Origin: Candidatus Woesearchaeota archaeon
Lineage (GTDB): Archaea; Nanobdellota; Nanobdellia; Woesearchaeales; ARS49
DNA: 48,618 bases
Assembly: GCA_019323575.1 (NCBI GenBank)
Contig: JAHWHB010000048.1
Coordinates: forward strand, 1-48,618
Direction of reading: 5' to 3'
Position numbers and translations under genes: made by a program. Numbering within the stretch: the stretch's first letter is position 1; each line of letters starts with the position of its first letter. The notes beneath the pieces are model-generated. The model did no database searches. It worked only from the letters and a program-made list of their open reading frames with translations, and was not told where the DNA came from. Shown piece after piece: positions 17,219 through 26,171 of this stretch.

Positions 17219-17672
17219 AATAAAAATTGCGTTCTTAATTTTAATCATATTATTGGCAGGATGCAAGCAAATTGAAGACCAGACAACAGCTGAACCGCCT
17301 TTACAGGTTGTTGAAAAGAAAGAAGTTCAACCACCTCAAAAAAAGGTATTATTAGATCGATGTGAATTTAAGGAGGGTTTGGATTGCTCATATGTTGCAA
17401 GAAAAAAGACGGGATTTGAAATGGCCATAAAAAATATTCTCAATAGGCCTATGTTAAATATGACCATTTACATAGTACCAAAAGAAGGCATAAAAGGAAA
17501 ATGCCAAGAATTAAAATTTCCCGCATTGTATCCTGAACAGGCAGATTTTCGTGAAGTATCCTGCGAGGGAATTGAAAAGGAAAAATTTGAAGCAACGCTC
17601 ATGGCAGTATATTCCCTAAAAAATGAAGATACTGCCCACAGCATACGAGGAGAACTTATTCTTAACACGTAA
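17199..17672 (+). CDS. Putative secreted lipoprotein (compositional island gene 1)
   Basis: 157 aa. Signal/lipobox IAFLILIILLAGC. The start overlaps the hef 3' end by 20 nt. Base composition departs from the rest of the window. Confidence 0.6.
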   Translation: MKMKGDKIKIAFLILIILLAGCKQIEDQTTAEPPLQVVEKKEVQPPQKKVLLDRCEFKEGLDCSYVARKKTGFEMAIKNILNRPMLNMTIYIVPKEGIKGKCQELKFPALYPEQADFREVSCEGIEKEKFEATLMAVYSLKNEDTAHSIRGELILNT

Positions 17673-18060
17673 GCCGATTAACAGGCGGTTTTTCACCGCT
17701 CTCAACCAGTTCAATACAATAATCGCCGTCAGGATAAGACGATTTTACAAGTTTATCACAGATGGATTTATCACCACTCTCCCGCGCCACCGCAATATAG
17801 CAATGGTTTCGAGCAGAAGGATTCTCAAAAAAATCGCAATAAGATAATTCTTTTTTGCTCTGAGCAAAGTAAAAATAACAGTCTTCCTTTATTCCAAGAT
17901 CATTAAACTCTTTGCAGACCACAGGATTCTCGGTTTCACACAGAATTTTATATAAGCAGTTATCCTGCAAACCGGCACTCTCAATATCTTTGCATTTGAC
18001 GGTAAGTGAACCAGAGCAACTGCAAATTATAAGCAACACCAAAACAAAAAATTTTTTCAT
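17662..18060 (-). CDS. Putative secreted Cys-repeat protein (compositional island gene 2)
   Basis: 132 aa. N-terminal FFVLVLLIICSCSGS. Carries a repeated module (D/N)xC-x5-(A/C)-x7-8-C. Starts 4 nt after the htpX stop. Its 3' end overlaps gene 1 by 11 nt. Confidence 0.6.
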   Translation of the reverse strand: MKKFFVLVLLIICSCSGSLTVKCKDIESAGLQDNCLYKILCETENPVVCKEFNDLGIKEDCYFYFAQSKKELSYCDFFENPSARNHCYIAVARESGDKSICDKLVKSSYPDGDYCIELVESGEKPPVNRLTC

Positions 18061-18064
18061 TGAA

Positions 18065-18925
18065 TTAAAACCTCATTCTGGACAAACGATCTATACGAGA
18101 TTTTGTAGGGGGATGGGTGCTAAACAAAGCAATAAAGCCCTTAGCAGTAAAAGGATTAACAATAAACATAGAACTTGTAGAAGGATTACCAAAACGCAAA
18201 GGAGCAGCATGACAACCATTCTCAAGCTTATGCAAAGCAGAAGCAAGAGGATGACCCGCGCCAACAAGCTTAGCACCAGACTCATCAGCAAGATACTCCC
18301 TAGAACGAGAGATGGCAAACTGAATCAGCAAAGCAATTATAGGAGTGACAATCACCATCAAAATAAACGCAATAGGATGAATACCCCTCTCCCTACTATT
18401 ACCCATACCAGTAAACAAAGCAATACGCGAAACAGTAGAAAGAACAGCCGCAAGAGTCGCAGCAAGAGTAGCAACAAGCATATCCCTGTTTTTAATGTGA
18501 GACAACTCGTGAGCAAGAACTCCCTTCAGCTCATTATCATCCAACAACTTCATAATCCCCTCAGTACACGCGACAACCGCCTTCTTGTAAGTAGGACCAG
18601 TAGCAAAAGCATTAGGGGTCTCAGTAGGAATAATGTAAACAGCGGGCTTTGGAATACCAGCCTTCTTAGCAAGCTCCTCGACCATCTTATGCAAATGAGG
18701 ATAATCCTTCTTTAAAGCAGGCTTGGCACGATACATAGCCAAAACAAGCTTATGAGACCAGAAAAACATGCCAAAATTCAACAAAACAGCAAAAACAAGA
18801 CCAATAATCAAACCAGAATTACCCCCAAGCAAGTAGCCTATACCAAGAACTAAGCCAGAGAGCACCCCAAGCAACAAAACAGTCTTAATCTGATTCCACA
18901 TAACAAAAAACACTAAAAACGGCAT
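18065..18925 (-). CDS. htpX: HtpX-family M48 membrane protease
   Basis: 286 aa. Zinc motif HELSHIKNRD and TM segments flanking the catalytic domain. Confidence 0.9.
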   Translation of the reverse strand: MPFLVFFVMWNQIKTVLLLGVLSGLVLGIGYLLGGNSGLIIGLVFAVLLNFGMFFWSHKLVLAMYRAKPALKKDYPHLHKMVEELAKKAGIPKPAVYIIPTETPNAFATGPTYKKAVVACTEGIMKLLDDNELKGVLAHELSHIKNRDMLVATLAATLAAVLSTVSRIALFTGMGNSRERGIHPIAFILMVIVTPIIALLIQFAISRSREYLADESGAKLVGAGHPLASALHKLENGCHAAPLRFGNPSTSSMFIVNPFTAKGFIALFSTHPPTKSRIDRLSRMRF

Positions 18926-18986
18926 TTATAAAGTTTATGACTCTGATTTCATAAAGTTTAAAAGACAAAGCAAAAAAGAAAGGGAT

Positions 18987-19637
18987 ATGAAAAAAATAAT
19001 ACTATTATTACTAATAATAAGCATGGCAGCATGCCAGCCAAAACCAACAATAACAGAGCCAAACATAACAGACGTAACAAGACAGATAGTTCTAGAACAA
19101 TTCGCACTGCTGGACAACGAGTACAAGACAGACTGGCACGAAGAAAAAATACCAGACAACATGATAGAACTAGAAGCAATAGAACCATGGACAGCAAGAA
19201 TGATATTCCTAAAAGACAGAATACAATCAAAAAATGACACAACCGCAGAAAAACTAATAGATGCAAGAATAGACATGCTAAAATCACAATTAGCATATTA
19301 TTTAATGCTTAAGACAGGCAAAGAAGGACAAGTCAACATAACAGAAAACACAGACTGCAAAAACGTAAAAATCATAGCAAAGGCACTGGGACTATACAAC
19401 ACAGCACACACCAACTGGTACAACTTCACAATACACATGGACGCAGTACTGCAGGACGAAGAAATGAGAGAGTTAATCGGAGCAGACGACAGAAGACCAA
19501 AATTCTACAAAAGCTATTTCGGAAACGCAAAAAAATACATAGAAGCAGTCCAACAAAAAGTATACAAAGACTGCGAAGTAGAAATCGTCATGCAAGATAA
19601 GATAATAGACCTTCAACCTGACGAAGTTCTGTCTTAA
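18987..19637 (+). CDS. Putative lipoprotein, unknown function
   Basis: 216 aa. N-terminal KKIILLLLIISMAAC (lipobox-like). Confidence 0.6.
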   Translation: MKKIILLLLIISMAACQPKPTITEPNITDVTRQIVLEQFALLDNEYKTDWHEEKIPDNMIELEAIEPWTARMIFLKDRIQSKNDTTAEKLIDARIDMLKSQLAYYLMLKTGKEGQVNITENTDCKNVKIIAKALGLYNTAHTNWYNFTIHMDAVLQDEEMRELIGADDRRPKFYKSYFGNAKKYIEAVQQKVYKDCEVEIVMQDKIIDLQPDEVLS

Positions 19638-19932
19638 ACAAAAACTCCCTCAAACGATTATCAACCTTAACACCATGCTTTTGAAGGTGAACAAACAACT
19701 CATGATACAACTTCTTACCCTCCTCGTCAAGATCAGTCAGAATAACAACCTCCTTAGCCTTTGAAGCAACCTCCTCAACAACAGCAAACAAAGGCTTCTT
19801 CAAAGACATAACATTAGTAATACCAAGAGCATTAAGAGCACGAACATCCTTAATCCCCTCAACAATAACAAGAAGATCCCTCTTCTTAATATCATCCAGC
19901 AACAGCCTAATCTGCTCAGACTCCTCATCCAT
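19588..19932 (-). CDS. Small Toprim-domain protein
   Basis: 114 aa from the ATG at 19932 (MDEESEQ...). Contains LLVIVEGIKDVRAL and VVILTDLDEEGKKL, the Toprim E and DxD motifs. I reject the upstream 41 codons of the track ORF because they are hydrophobic junk running across the promoter. Confidence 0.7.
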   Translation of the reverse strand: MDEESEQIRLLLDDIKKRDLLVIVEGIKDVRALNALGITNVMSLKKPLFAVVEEVASKAKEVVILTDLDEEGKKLYHELFVHLQKHGVKVDNRLREFLFKTELRQVEGLLSYLA

Positions 19933-19955
19933 CACTGGACAACCAATAAGACAAG

Positions 19956-19964
19956 ATATATAAA
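19956..19964. promoter_or_regulatory. Single near-palindromic TATA element shared by the divergent Toprim and primase genes
   Basis: atatataaa lies 25 nt from the primase ATG (19990) and 23 nt from the Toprim ATG (19932). The intergenic gap is only 57 bp, so both mRNAs would be leaderless. Confidence 0.5.
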
Positions 19965-19989
19965 TTAACACGATATCAAAAACAAGGGG

Positions 19990-21312
19990 ATGGCAGAATA
20001 CAAAAAAATACATATCAGCACCCTGCTGAAGTACTATAAAAGAGCAGAAATACAAGAAGCAATAGTCAAAGCAGCAGAAGACAAAGAAGTAGCAGTAAGC
20101 TACGGCGGGACCGGATACGGCAAAAGACCAGATGTACTCAAATACCCAAAAGACATCCTAGAAGCAGTAAAACAAGGAGCAACAAGCTTCCACTGCAGCG
20201 AAGAACTCTGGAACAACCCACTACAAATAACCACAGGAGCAAAACCAGAAGAGCTGAACAACATAAGAAAAGGATGGGATCTAATACTAGACATAGACTG
20301 CCCAGAACTAGAATATTCAAAACTCGCAGCGGACTTTCTAATACAAGCACTACAACACCACGGAGTCAAGAACATCTCAGTAAAATTCTCAGGCAACCAC
20401 GGATTCCACATAGGAATACCCTTCTCATCATTCCCAGAAACAGTCAACGGCAAACCAATAAAAGACCTATTCCCAGAAGGACCAAGAAAAATAGCAATCT
20501 ACCTGCAAGAAATGATAAAAGAACCACTAGCACAAAAACTAATGCAGTACAGCCCGGCAGAAATCGCGGAAAAAATAAAGAAAACAGTCGGCGAGATAGT
20601 CAAAAACGGAAAACTAGAGCCATTCTCAATACTATCGATAGACACAATACTAATAGCAGGAAGACACCTCTACAGAATGCCATATTCACTAAATGAAAAA
20701 TCAGGACTGGCAAGTGTTGTCATAAAGCCCGAGGAAATATTAACGTTCGACAAAAAACAAGCACTACCAGAGAAAACAACACCAAAACTATCATTCCTAG
20801 ACAAAAAAACACCAGGAGAGGCAAAAAAACTCATAATACAAGCATTCGACTACAAAACAAGCCAGGAAACACCACAAGAACTCAAAGAACTAGCAGAAAA
20901 AAAAGAATACGAGCCAATAACAGAAGCAGTACCAGAACAATACTTCCCGCCATGCATACAACTAGCAGCGCAAGGACTGCAAGACGGAAGAAAAAGAGCA
21001 CTATTCATACTGATAAACTTCCTAACAAGCTGCGGGTGGAGCTATGAAATGACAGAAAAATACCTGCAAGAATGGAACAAGAAAAACGCAGAACCGCTGA
21101 GAGAAGTACTAGTACAAGGACAACTAAGATACCATAAATCAATGAAAAAGAAAGTACTCCCGCCAAACTGCGACAATAAAGCATACATGGTTGATTTAGG
21201 CATATGCAAACCAGACAGTTTCTGCTCCAAAATAAAAAACCCAGTAAACTATGCTGTTGCAAAACAGAGAATGATGGCGAGAATGAAGGAAAAAGGCAAG
21301 AAAAACAAATAA
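19990..21312 (+). CDS. Fused archaeo-eukaryotic primase: PriS catalytic domain plus PriL Fe-S C-terminal domain in one polypeptide
   Basis: 440 aa. AEP motifs DLILDIDC, FSGNHGFHI and RMPYSLNEKSGL. The C-terminal half has YFPPCIQLAAQGLQDGRKRALFILINFL plus Cys in PPNC, GIC and SFC (PriL-CTD 4Fe-4S pattern). Confidence 0.8.
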   Translation: MAEYKKIHISTLLKYYKRAEIQEAIVKAAEDKEVAVSYGGTGYGKRPDVLKYPKDILEAVKQGATSFHCSEELWNNPLQITTGAKPEELNNIRKGWDLILDIDCPELEYSKLAADFLIQALQHHGVKNISVKFSGNHGFHIGIPFSSFPETVNGKPIKDLFPEGPRKIAIYLQEMIKEPLAQKLMQYSPAEIAEKIKKTVGEIVKNGKLEPFSILSIDTILIAGRHLYRMPYSLNEKSGLASVVIKPEEILTFDKKQALPEKTTPKLSFLDKKTPGEAKKLIIQAFDYKTSQETPQELKELAEKKEYEPITEAVPEQYFPPCIQLAAQGLQDGRKRALFILINFLTSCGWSYEMTEKYLQEWNKKNAEPLREVLVQGQLRYHKSMKKKVLPPNCDNKAYMVDLGICKPDSFCSKIKNPVNYAVAKQRMMARMKEKGKKNK

Positions 21313-21337
21313 CAGACACCAACCCAAAACAGATACC

Positions 21338-21345
21338 TTTATAAA
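21338..21345 (+). promoter_or_regulatory. TATA box for the ribosomal-protein operon leader
   Basis: cc-TTTATAAA-caac lies 160 nt upstream of the L3 ATG. Confidence 0.5.
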
Positions 21346-21365
21346 CAACCCCTATTGACGACAGA

Positions 21366-21504
21366 ATACTGACGAGCCTGAGAAGGAAATCCCAGTACAG
21401 TCGGTGCAAGTGCACTACTTCTAACTGGGTTCCGCAAAAGGTATGTGTCGGCCCTAACACGGTAAAGGGCATCGTGTTAAACAAACATAAACTCAGAGGA
21501 GTCT
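21366..21504 (+). ncRNA. GC-rich, probably structured 5' leader (or small RNA) upstream of rpl3; family unassigned
   Basis: There is no ORF, and the stretch is clearly more GC-rich than other intergenic regions here. One long helix is ggaaatcccagt (21394-21405) paired with actgggttcc (21433-21442). It closes on an AGTGCACT palindromic apex and is flanked by a gagaa/gcaaa internal loop. A second hairpin is gccc...gggc (21460-21479). Confidence 0.35.
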
Positions 21505-22470
21505 ATGCCAACCAAGAGAACACCAAGAAAAGGAAGCATGCAATACTGGCCGCGAAGACGCGCGGCAGACATAGTTGCAAGAATCAGAAACTGGCAAACA
21601 CCAAAAGAAGCAAAACTCTCAGGGTTTGCAGGATACAAAGTCGGAATGACACACGTGATAATATCCGACAACAAATCAACATCAATAACAAAAGGAATGG
21701 ACGTCCAAGTCCCCGTAACAATTCTCGAATGCCCACCATTAAAAATCGCATCAATCCTTCTCTACAAAAAAGACGCGTACGGAACACACTGCACCGGACA
21801 GATAAACGCGGAAAAACTCGACAAAGAAACAGCAAGAAAAATACCACTACAAAAAAAAGCAGCAAAGAAACCAGAAACAAAAGACATACAAGAAGTAAGA
21901 ATACTAGCATACACACAGCCAAAACTAACAACAATCGGAAAGAAAAAACCAGAATTCTTTGAAATCGGAATCGGAGGAAAACCCGAAGAAAAACTAACAT
22001 ACGCACAAGGACTGCTGGGAAAAGAAATCAAGATAACAGACGTATTCAGCGAAGGACAAACAGTAGACATAACCTCAATCACAAAAGGAAAAGGAACCCA
22101 AGGACCAGTAAAAAGATTTGGACTAAACCTAAGATCTCACAAAAGCGAAAAAACAAAGAGAGGACCAGGAAGCCTAGGACCCTGGCACGGACCAAGAACA
22201 TACAGAGCACCACACGCAGGACAGATGGGCTACCACCAAAGAACAGACAGAAACAAACAAATCATGAAAATCGATGAAGATACAGCAAAAATCAACGCAA
22301 AAGGCGGATTTTTAAGATATGGCCTTGTAAAAAACCAGTACATACTAATCAAAGGCAGCGTAGGAGGGGCACACAAAAGACTCATCACACTAACACTGCC
22401 AAGACACTCAACACAGAAAACAAAGGAAGCGTCACAGATAATATACACGAGCATCAGCTCCAGACAATAA
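21505..22470 (+). CDS. rpl3: 50S ribosomal protein L3 (uL3)
   Basis: GYKVGMTHV and TKGKGTQGPVKRFG. First gene of the conserved archaeal L3-L4-L23-L2 cluster. Confidence 0.95.
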   Translation: MPTKRTPRKGSMQYWPRRRAADIVARIRNWQTPKEAKLSGFAGYKVGMTHVIISDNKSTSITKGMDVQVPVTILECPPLKIASILLYKKDAYGTHCTGQINAEKLDKETARKIPLQKKAAKKPETKDIQEVRILAYTQPKLTTIGKKKPEFFEIGIGGKPEEKLTYAQGLLGKEIKITDVFSEGQTVDITSITKGKGTQGPVKRFGLNLRSHKSEKTKRGPGSLGPWHGPRTYRAPHAGQMGYHQRTDRNKQIMKIDEDTAKINAKGGFLRYGLVKNQYILIKGSVGGAHKRLITLTLPRHSTQKTKEASQIIYTSISSRQ

Positions 22471-22472
22471 AA

Positions 22473-23276
22473 ATGGAACTAAAAATAATCGACAAAACGA
22501 ACAAGGAAGCAGGAAAACAAAAACTACCTGCACAATTCCAAGAAGAAATCAGACCAGACCTAATCAAAAGAGCAGCAGAGGCAGTACAAAGCCACAAAAG
22601 ACAATCATACGGAGCTGATCCGCGAGCAGGAAAGAAACAAGCAGCAAAACTAAGCAGGAGAAGAAGAAAATACAAAGGCGCATACGGAAAAGGAATCAGC
22701 AGAATGCCGAGAAAAACACTCACAAGAAGAGGAATGCAAATGATATGGGTGGGAGCATTCGCACCAGGAAACGTAGGAGGAAGAAGAGCATTCCCACCAA
22801 CATCACAACACAATCTAGCACAAAAAATCAACGACAAAGAAAGAAAAAAAGCAATCAGAAGCGCACTTGCAGCAACCCTTGACAAAGAAACCGTAAAACA
22901 AAGAGGACACAAAGCACCACAAAATTACCCATTCATAATCTCGACAGACATTGAAAAAATTGAGAAAACAAGCGAACTGCTCAAAATACTAGAAACAATA
23001 GGACTCAAAGAAGAGCTACAAAGAAACAAAAGAAAAGTAAGAGCAGGAAAGGGAACAATGAGAGGAAGAAAATACAAAAGAGCGAAAGGGCCCCTCATAG
23101 TAGTAAGCGAAAACTGCAGCGCACTAAAAGCGGCAAAAAGCATACCAGGAATAGACGCAACAGAAATAACCAAAATCAACGCAGAACTACTGGCTCCAGG
23201 CACACACGCAGGACGATTAACACTATTCACACAAGCAGCAATACAAAAACTAGACAAGGAGAAGCTGTTCATATAA
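22473..23276 (+). CDS. rpl4: 50S ribosomal protein L4 (uL4)
   Basis: 267 aa. [13 protein letters not shown] motif and cluster position. Confidence 0.95.
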   Translation: MELKIIDKTNKEAGKQKLPAQFQEEIRPDLIKRAAEAVQSHKRQSYGADPRAGKKQAAKLSRRRRKYKGAYGKGISRMPRKTLTRRGMQMIWVGAFAPGNVGGRRAFPPTSQHNLAQKINDKERKKAIRSALAATLDKETVKQRGHKAPQNYPFIISTDIEKIEKTSELLKILETIGLKEELQRNKRKVRAGKGTMRGRKYKRAKGPLIVVSENCSALKAAKSIPGIDATEITKINAELLAPGTHAGRLTLFTQAAIQKLDKEKLFI

Positions 23277-23277
23277 A

Positions 23278-23538
23278 ATGGAATCACAAAAAGTAATCAA
23301 ACATCCGTTAGCAACCGAAAAAAGCATCAGGCTAATGGAAGCAGAAAACAAGCTCGTATTTGTAGTAGACAAAAGAGCAAACAAACAAGACATAAAGAAA
23401 GCAATAGAAGAACTCTTCAAAGCAAAAGTAACAGCAGTAAACACTCACAACACCGTAACAGGAGAAAAAAGAGCATACGTCACACTATCAAAAGAAACAC
23501 CTGCAATAGACATTGCAACAACACTGGGGATAATGTAA
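23278..23538 (+). CDS. rpl23: 50S ribosomal protein L23 (uL23)
   Basis: 86 aa. [25 protein letters not shown]. Confidence 0.95.
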   Translation: MESQKVIKHPLATEKSIRLMEAENKLVFVVDKRANKQDIKKAIEELFKAKVTAVNTHNTVTGEKRAYVTLSKETPAIDIATTLGIM

Positions 23539-23539
23539 G

Positions 23540-24247
23540 ATGGGCAAATCACTAATACAACAAGCGAGAGGAAAAGGCGGACCAACATACCGCTCAAAAG
23601 GATTTGCATACGCAGGAGAATCAAAACTAAGAACAGACACCTCCCAACTTGTAAAAGGAAAAGTAACAAACATAATCAAATGCCAAGGACACACTGCACC
23701 ATTAATGGAAGTAAAATACGACGACGGAATACGCTGTTTGATGCCAGCTCCTGAATTCATAAGAATAGGAGATGAAGTACAATCAGGACCAGGAGGAGAG
23801 ATAAACCCCGGCAACACACTCAAACTCAAAGAAATACCAGAAGGAACCCCGGTATACAACATAGAATCACAACCAGGAGACGGAGGAAAATTCTGCAAAA
23901 CCGGAGGATCAGTAGCCAGAATACTCGCAAAAACAGAAAGCTACGCCACATTACGATTACCAAGCAAACAAGAAAAACTGTTCAACCTAGAATGCAGAGC
24001 CTGCATAGGAATCATAGCAGGAGCGGGAAGACTGGAAAAACCAATGCTCAAAGCAGGCACAAAACATTTCAGAAAACGCATGACAAACAAGAGATGGCCA
24101 AACCCATCAGCAGCAGCACAAAACGCAGTCGACCATCCATTTGGAAACAAGAGAACAAGCAGAAAAGCAAAGAACAAACCAGTAGGCCACCACGCGCCGC
24201 CAGGAAGAAAGGCAGGAAAGCTATGGCCAAAACCAAGAGGATCGTAA
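23540..24247 (+). CDS. rpl2: 50S ribosomal protein L2 (uL2)
   Basis: 235 aa. GKSLIQQARGKGGPTYRS and NAVDHPFG...PPGRK. Confidence 0.95.
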   Translation: MGKSLIQQARGKGGPTYRSKGFAYAGESKLRTDTSQLVKGKVTNIIKCQGHTAPLMEVKYDDGIRCLMPAPEFIRIGDEVQSGPGGEINPGNTLKLKEIPEGTPVYNIESQPGDGGKFCKTGGSVARILAKTESYATLRLPSKQEKLFNLECRACIGIIAGAGRLEKPMLKAGTKHFRKRMTNKRWPNPSAAAQNAVDHPFGNKRTSRKAKNKPVGHHAPPGRKAGKLWPKPRGS

Positions 24248-24248
24248 A

Positions 24249-24629
24249 ATGGCAAAAGAGTTCCTATACTACGGAAAAAATTCACAAGAAATAGCAAAAA
24301 TGAGCCTTGAAGAGTTCGCAAAACTAGTACCGTCCAGAGAACGAAGAAAAATCAAACGAGGATTCACAGAAATAGAAAAGAAACTGCTTGCGGACATAAA
24401 ATCAAACCCAAAAGACATCAAAACACACGCACGAGACATGATAATCATTCCAGAAATGCTAGGAAAAACGATCAAAGTATACTCAGGAAAAGAATGGGTT
24501 CCAGTAATAATCACTCCAGAACTCTTAGGACACAGATTAGGAGAGTTCGCACTAACAAGAAGACAAGTCAGGCACAGCGCGCCAGGAATCGGAGCAACAA
24601 GAAGCAGCGCGTCGCTATCGGTGAGATAA
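24249..24629 (+). CDS. rps19: 30S ribosomal protein S19 (uS19)
   Basis: 126 aa. GKTIKVYSGKEWVPVIITPELLGHRLGEFALTR. Confidence 0.95.
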   Translation: MAKEFLYYGKNSQEIAKMSLEEFAKLVPSRERRKIKRGFTEIEKKLLADIKSNPKDIKTHARDMIIIPEMLGKTIKVYSGKEWVPVIITPELLGHRLGEFALTRRQVRHSAPGIGATRSSASLSVR

Positions 24630-25061
24630 ATGGCATACCAATATTCAACACAAATAACAGAAAACAATGCAAAAGCGGTAGGTTTGAGCATACCAATCTC
24701 ATTAAAAGCAGGCACAATGATATGCCAATCAATAAGAGGAAAAAACATACAAAAAGCCAAAAAAATGCTAGAAGAGACAATAAAGCTGAAAACACCTGTG
24801 CCATACACAAGATACAACAAAGACGTAGGACACAAACGCGGAATAGCAGCAGGAAGGTACCCAGTAAACGCATCAAAACAAATACTAAAACTGCTCAAAA
24901 ACGCAGAAGCAAACGCCCAATTCAAAGGATTAAGCACAGGCAACCTCATAGTAAAACACGCAAGCACTCAAAAAGGACCAACATCATACCATTACGGAAG
25001 ACAAAGAACAAGAGCAAAACGAGTGCATATCGAATTAGTCCTGGAAGAGGTAAAGAAATGA
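24630..25061 (+). CDS. rpl22: 50S ribosomal protein L22 (uL22)
   Basis: 143 aa. AKAVGLSIPISLKAGTMICQSIRGKNIQKAKKML. Confidence 0.95.
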   Translation: MAYQYSTQITENNAKAVGLSIPISLKAGTMICQSIRGKNIQKAKKMLEETIKLKTPVPYTRYNKDVGHKRGIAAGRYPVNASKQILKLLKNAEANAQFKGLSTGNLIVKHASTQKGPTSYHYGRQRTRAKRVHIELVLEEVKK

Positions 25062-25672
25062 TAGAACGCAAATTTATTGCGGAAAAACTGAAAGAACAAC
25101 AAATACAAGAGTTCATATCAGAGACTCTAAAAAACGTAGGCCACAGCCACACAAAACTAATGCGAACACCTCTCGGAGAAAAAATACTAATCTACGCAAG
25201 CAGGCCAGGACTAGTTGTAGGCAGAAAAGGAGAAAACATCAAGAAATTAACAAACACACTCAAAAAGAAATTCAATCTAGAAAATCCGCAAATAGAAATC
25301 GCAGAAGTGGAAAACCCGAATCTGGATGCACAAATAGTAGCAGAAAGAATAGCAAGCACAATAGAAAGATTCGGAATCAACAAGTTCAAAGCAATAGGAC
25401 ACAAAACGATGCAGGATGTAATGAACGCAGGCGCATACGGCGTAGAAATCACAATATCAGGAAAAGTACCAAGCCAAAGAGCAAAAAGCTGGAGATTCTA
25501 CAGCGGGTACCTCAAAAAATGCGGGCACATATCAGACGAGGAAGTCAAAAGAGCACACGCATACTGCATAATGAAAACAGGAGAAATAGGAGTAAAAGTC
25601 GCAATCATGGGACCACACATAAAACTACCCGACGACATAGAAATCAAAGAAGTTGCTGAGGAAAGCAAATGA
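25058..25672 (+). CDS. rps3: 30S ribosomal protein S3 (uS3)
   Basis: 204 aa from the internal ATG at 25058 (ATGA overlap with the L22 stop). KH motif GLVVGRKGENIKKL. The upstream part of track ORF 24494-25672 is out-of-frame read-through of S19/L22. Confidence 0.93.
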   Translation: MIERKFIAEKLKEQQIQEFISETLKNVGHSHTKLMRTPLGEKILIYASRPGLVVGRKGENIKKLTNTLKKKFNLENPQIEIAEVENPNLDAQIVAERIASTIERFGINKFKAIGHKTMQDVMNAGAYGVEITISGKVPSQRAKSWRFYSGYLKKCGHISDEEVKRAHAYCIMKTGEIGVKVAIMGPHIKLPDDIEIKEVAEESK

Positions 25673-25869
25673 AAATCAAAGAATTAAGAGGAATGGGCAA
25701 AGAAGAACTCAAACAAAAAATGCAGGAACTATACAAAGAAATCATGAAAGACAACGCCCAAGTAGCCATAGGCACAATTCCAAAAAATCCAGGAAAACTC
25801 AAACTTGCAAAAAAAACCATTGCGAGAATCAAAACAATTCTCGCACAGGAGGTGCAGAAAAAGGTATGA
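25669..25869 (+). CDS. rpl29: 50S ribosomal protein L29 (uL29)
   Basis: 66 aa. MKIKELRGMGKEELKQKMQELYKE. Confidence 0.93.
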   Translation: MKIKELRGMGKEELKQKMQELYKEIMKDNAQVAIGTIPKNPGKLKLAKKTIARIKTILAQEVQKKV

Positions 25870-26171
25870 CAGTATGCGTCACATGCGGTTTGCCAAAAGA
25901 TTTGTGCGTTTGCGAAAGCATTGCAAAGGAAAGCCAAAAAATAATCGTGCGCACTGAGGCAAAAAAATTCAACAAGATGTACACAATTATTGAAGGGATT
26001 GATGAAAAAGAAATCGATCTCGATCAGCTCGCAAAAAAGCTGAAAGCAAAGTTTGCCTGCGGAGGCACAATCAAGGAAAACAGGATCGAACTCCAAGGCG
26101 ATCACAAACAAAAAGTCAAGCAAGCCCTCATTGAGGCAGGGTTTGCACAAGAAACAATCATCGTCAAATAA
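25866..26171 (+). CDS. sui1: Translation initiation factor aIF1 / SUI1
   Basis: 101 aa from the ATG at 25866 (ATGA overlap with the L29 stop). IIVRTEAKKFNKMYTIIEGID...FACGGTIKENRIELQGDHKQKVKQAL. Confidence 0.9.
   Translation: MTVCVTCGLPKDLCVCESIAKESQKIIVRTEAKKFNKMYTIIEGIDEKEIDLDQLAKKLKAKFACGGTIKENRIELQGDHKQKVKQALIEAGFAQETIIVK

Noticed and set aside
17199-18060. The compositional island interpreted as a mobile element.
   Set aside because: I could find no integrase, transposase, terminal inverted repeats, flanking direct repeats or tRNA target. Only the compositional anomaly is supported.
21351-21400. Possible C/D-box sRNA in the rpl3 leader (tgacgac ... ctga ... tgacgag ... ctga).
   Set aside because: The box-like elements deviate from RUGAUGA/CUGA and lie only 2-7 nt apart. 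That is far short of the ~12-nt guide spacers of archaeal C/D sRNAs.
24494-25057. Upstream parts of merged track ORFs: 24494-25057 before S3, 25653-25865 before SUI1, 28901-29080 before L6, 6212-6292 before paralogue 2, 40194-40292 before aIF2-beta, 19933-20055 before the Toprim protein, 11992-12066 before DUF212.
   Set aside because: These segments overlap the preceding genuine gene in another frame or cross promoters. Family homology starts at the internal ATG in each case.
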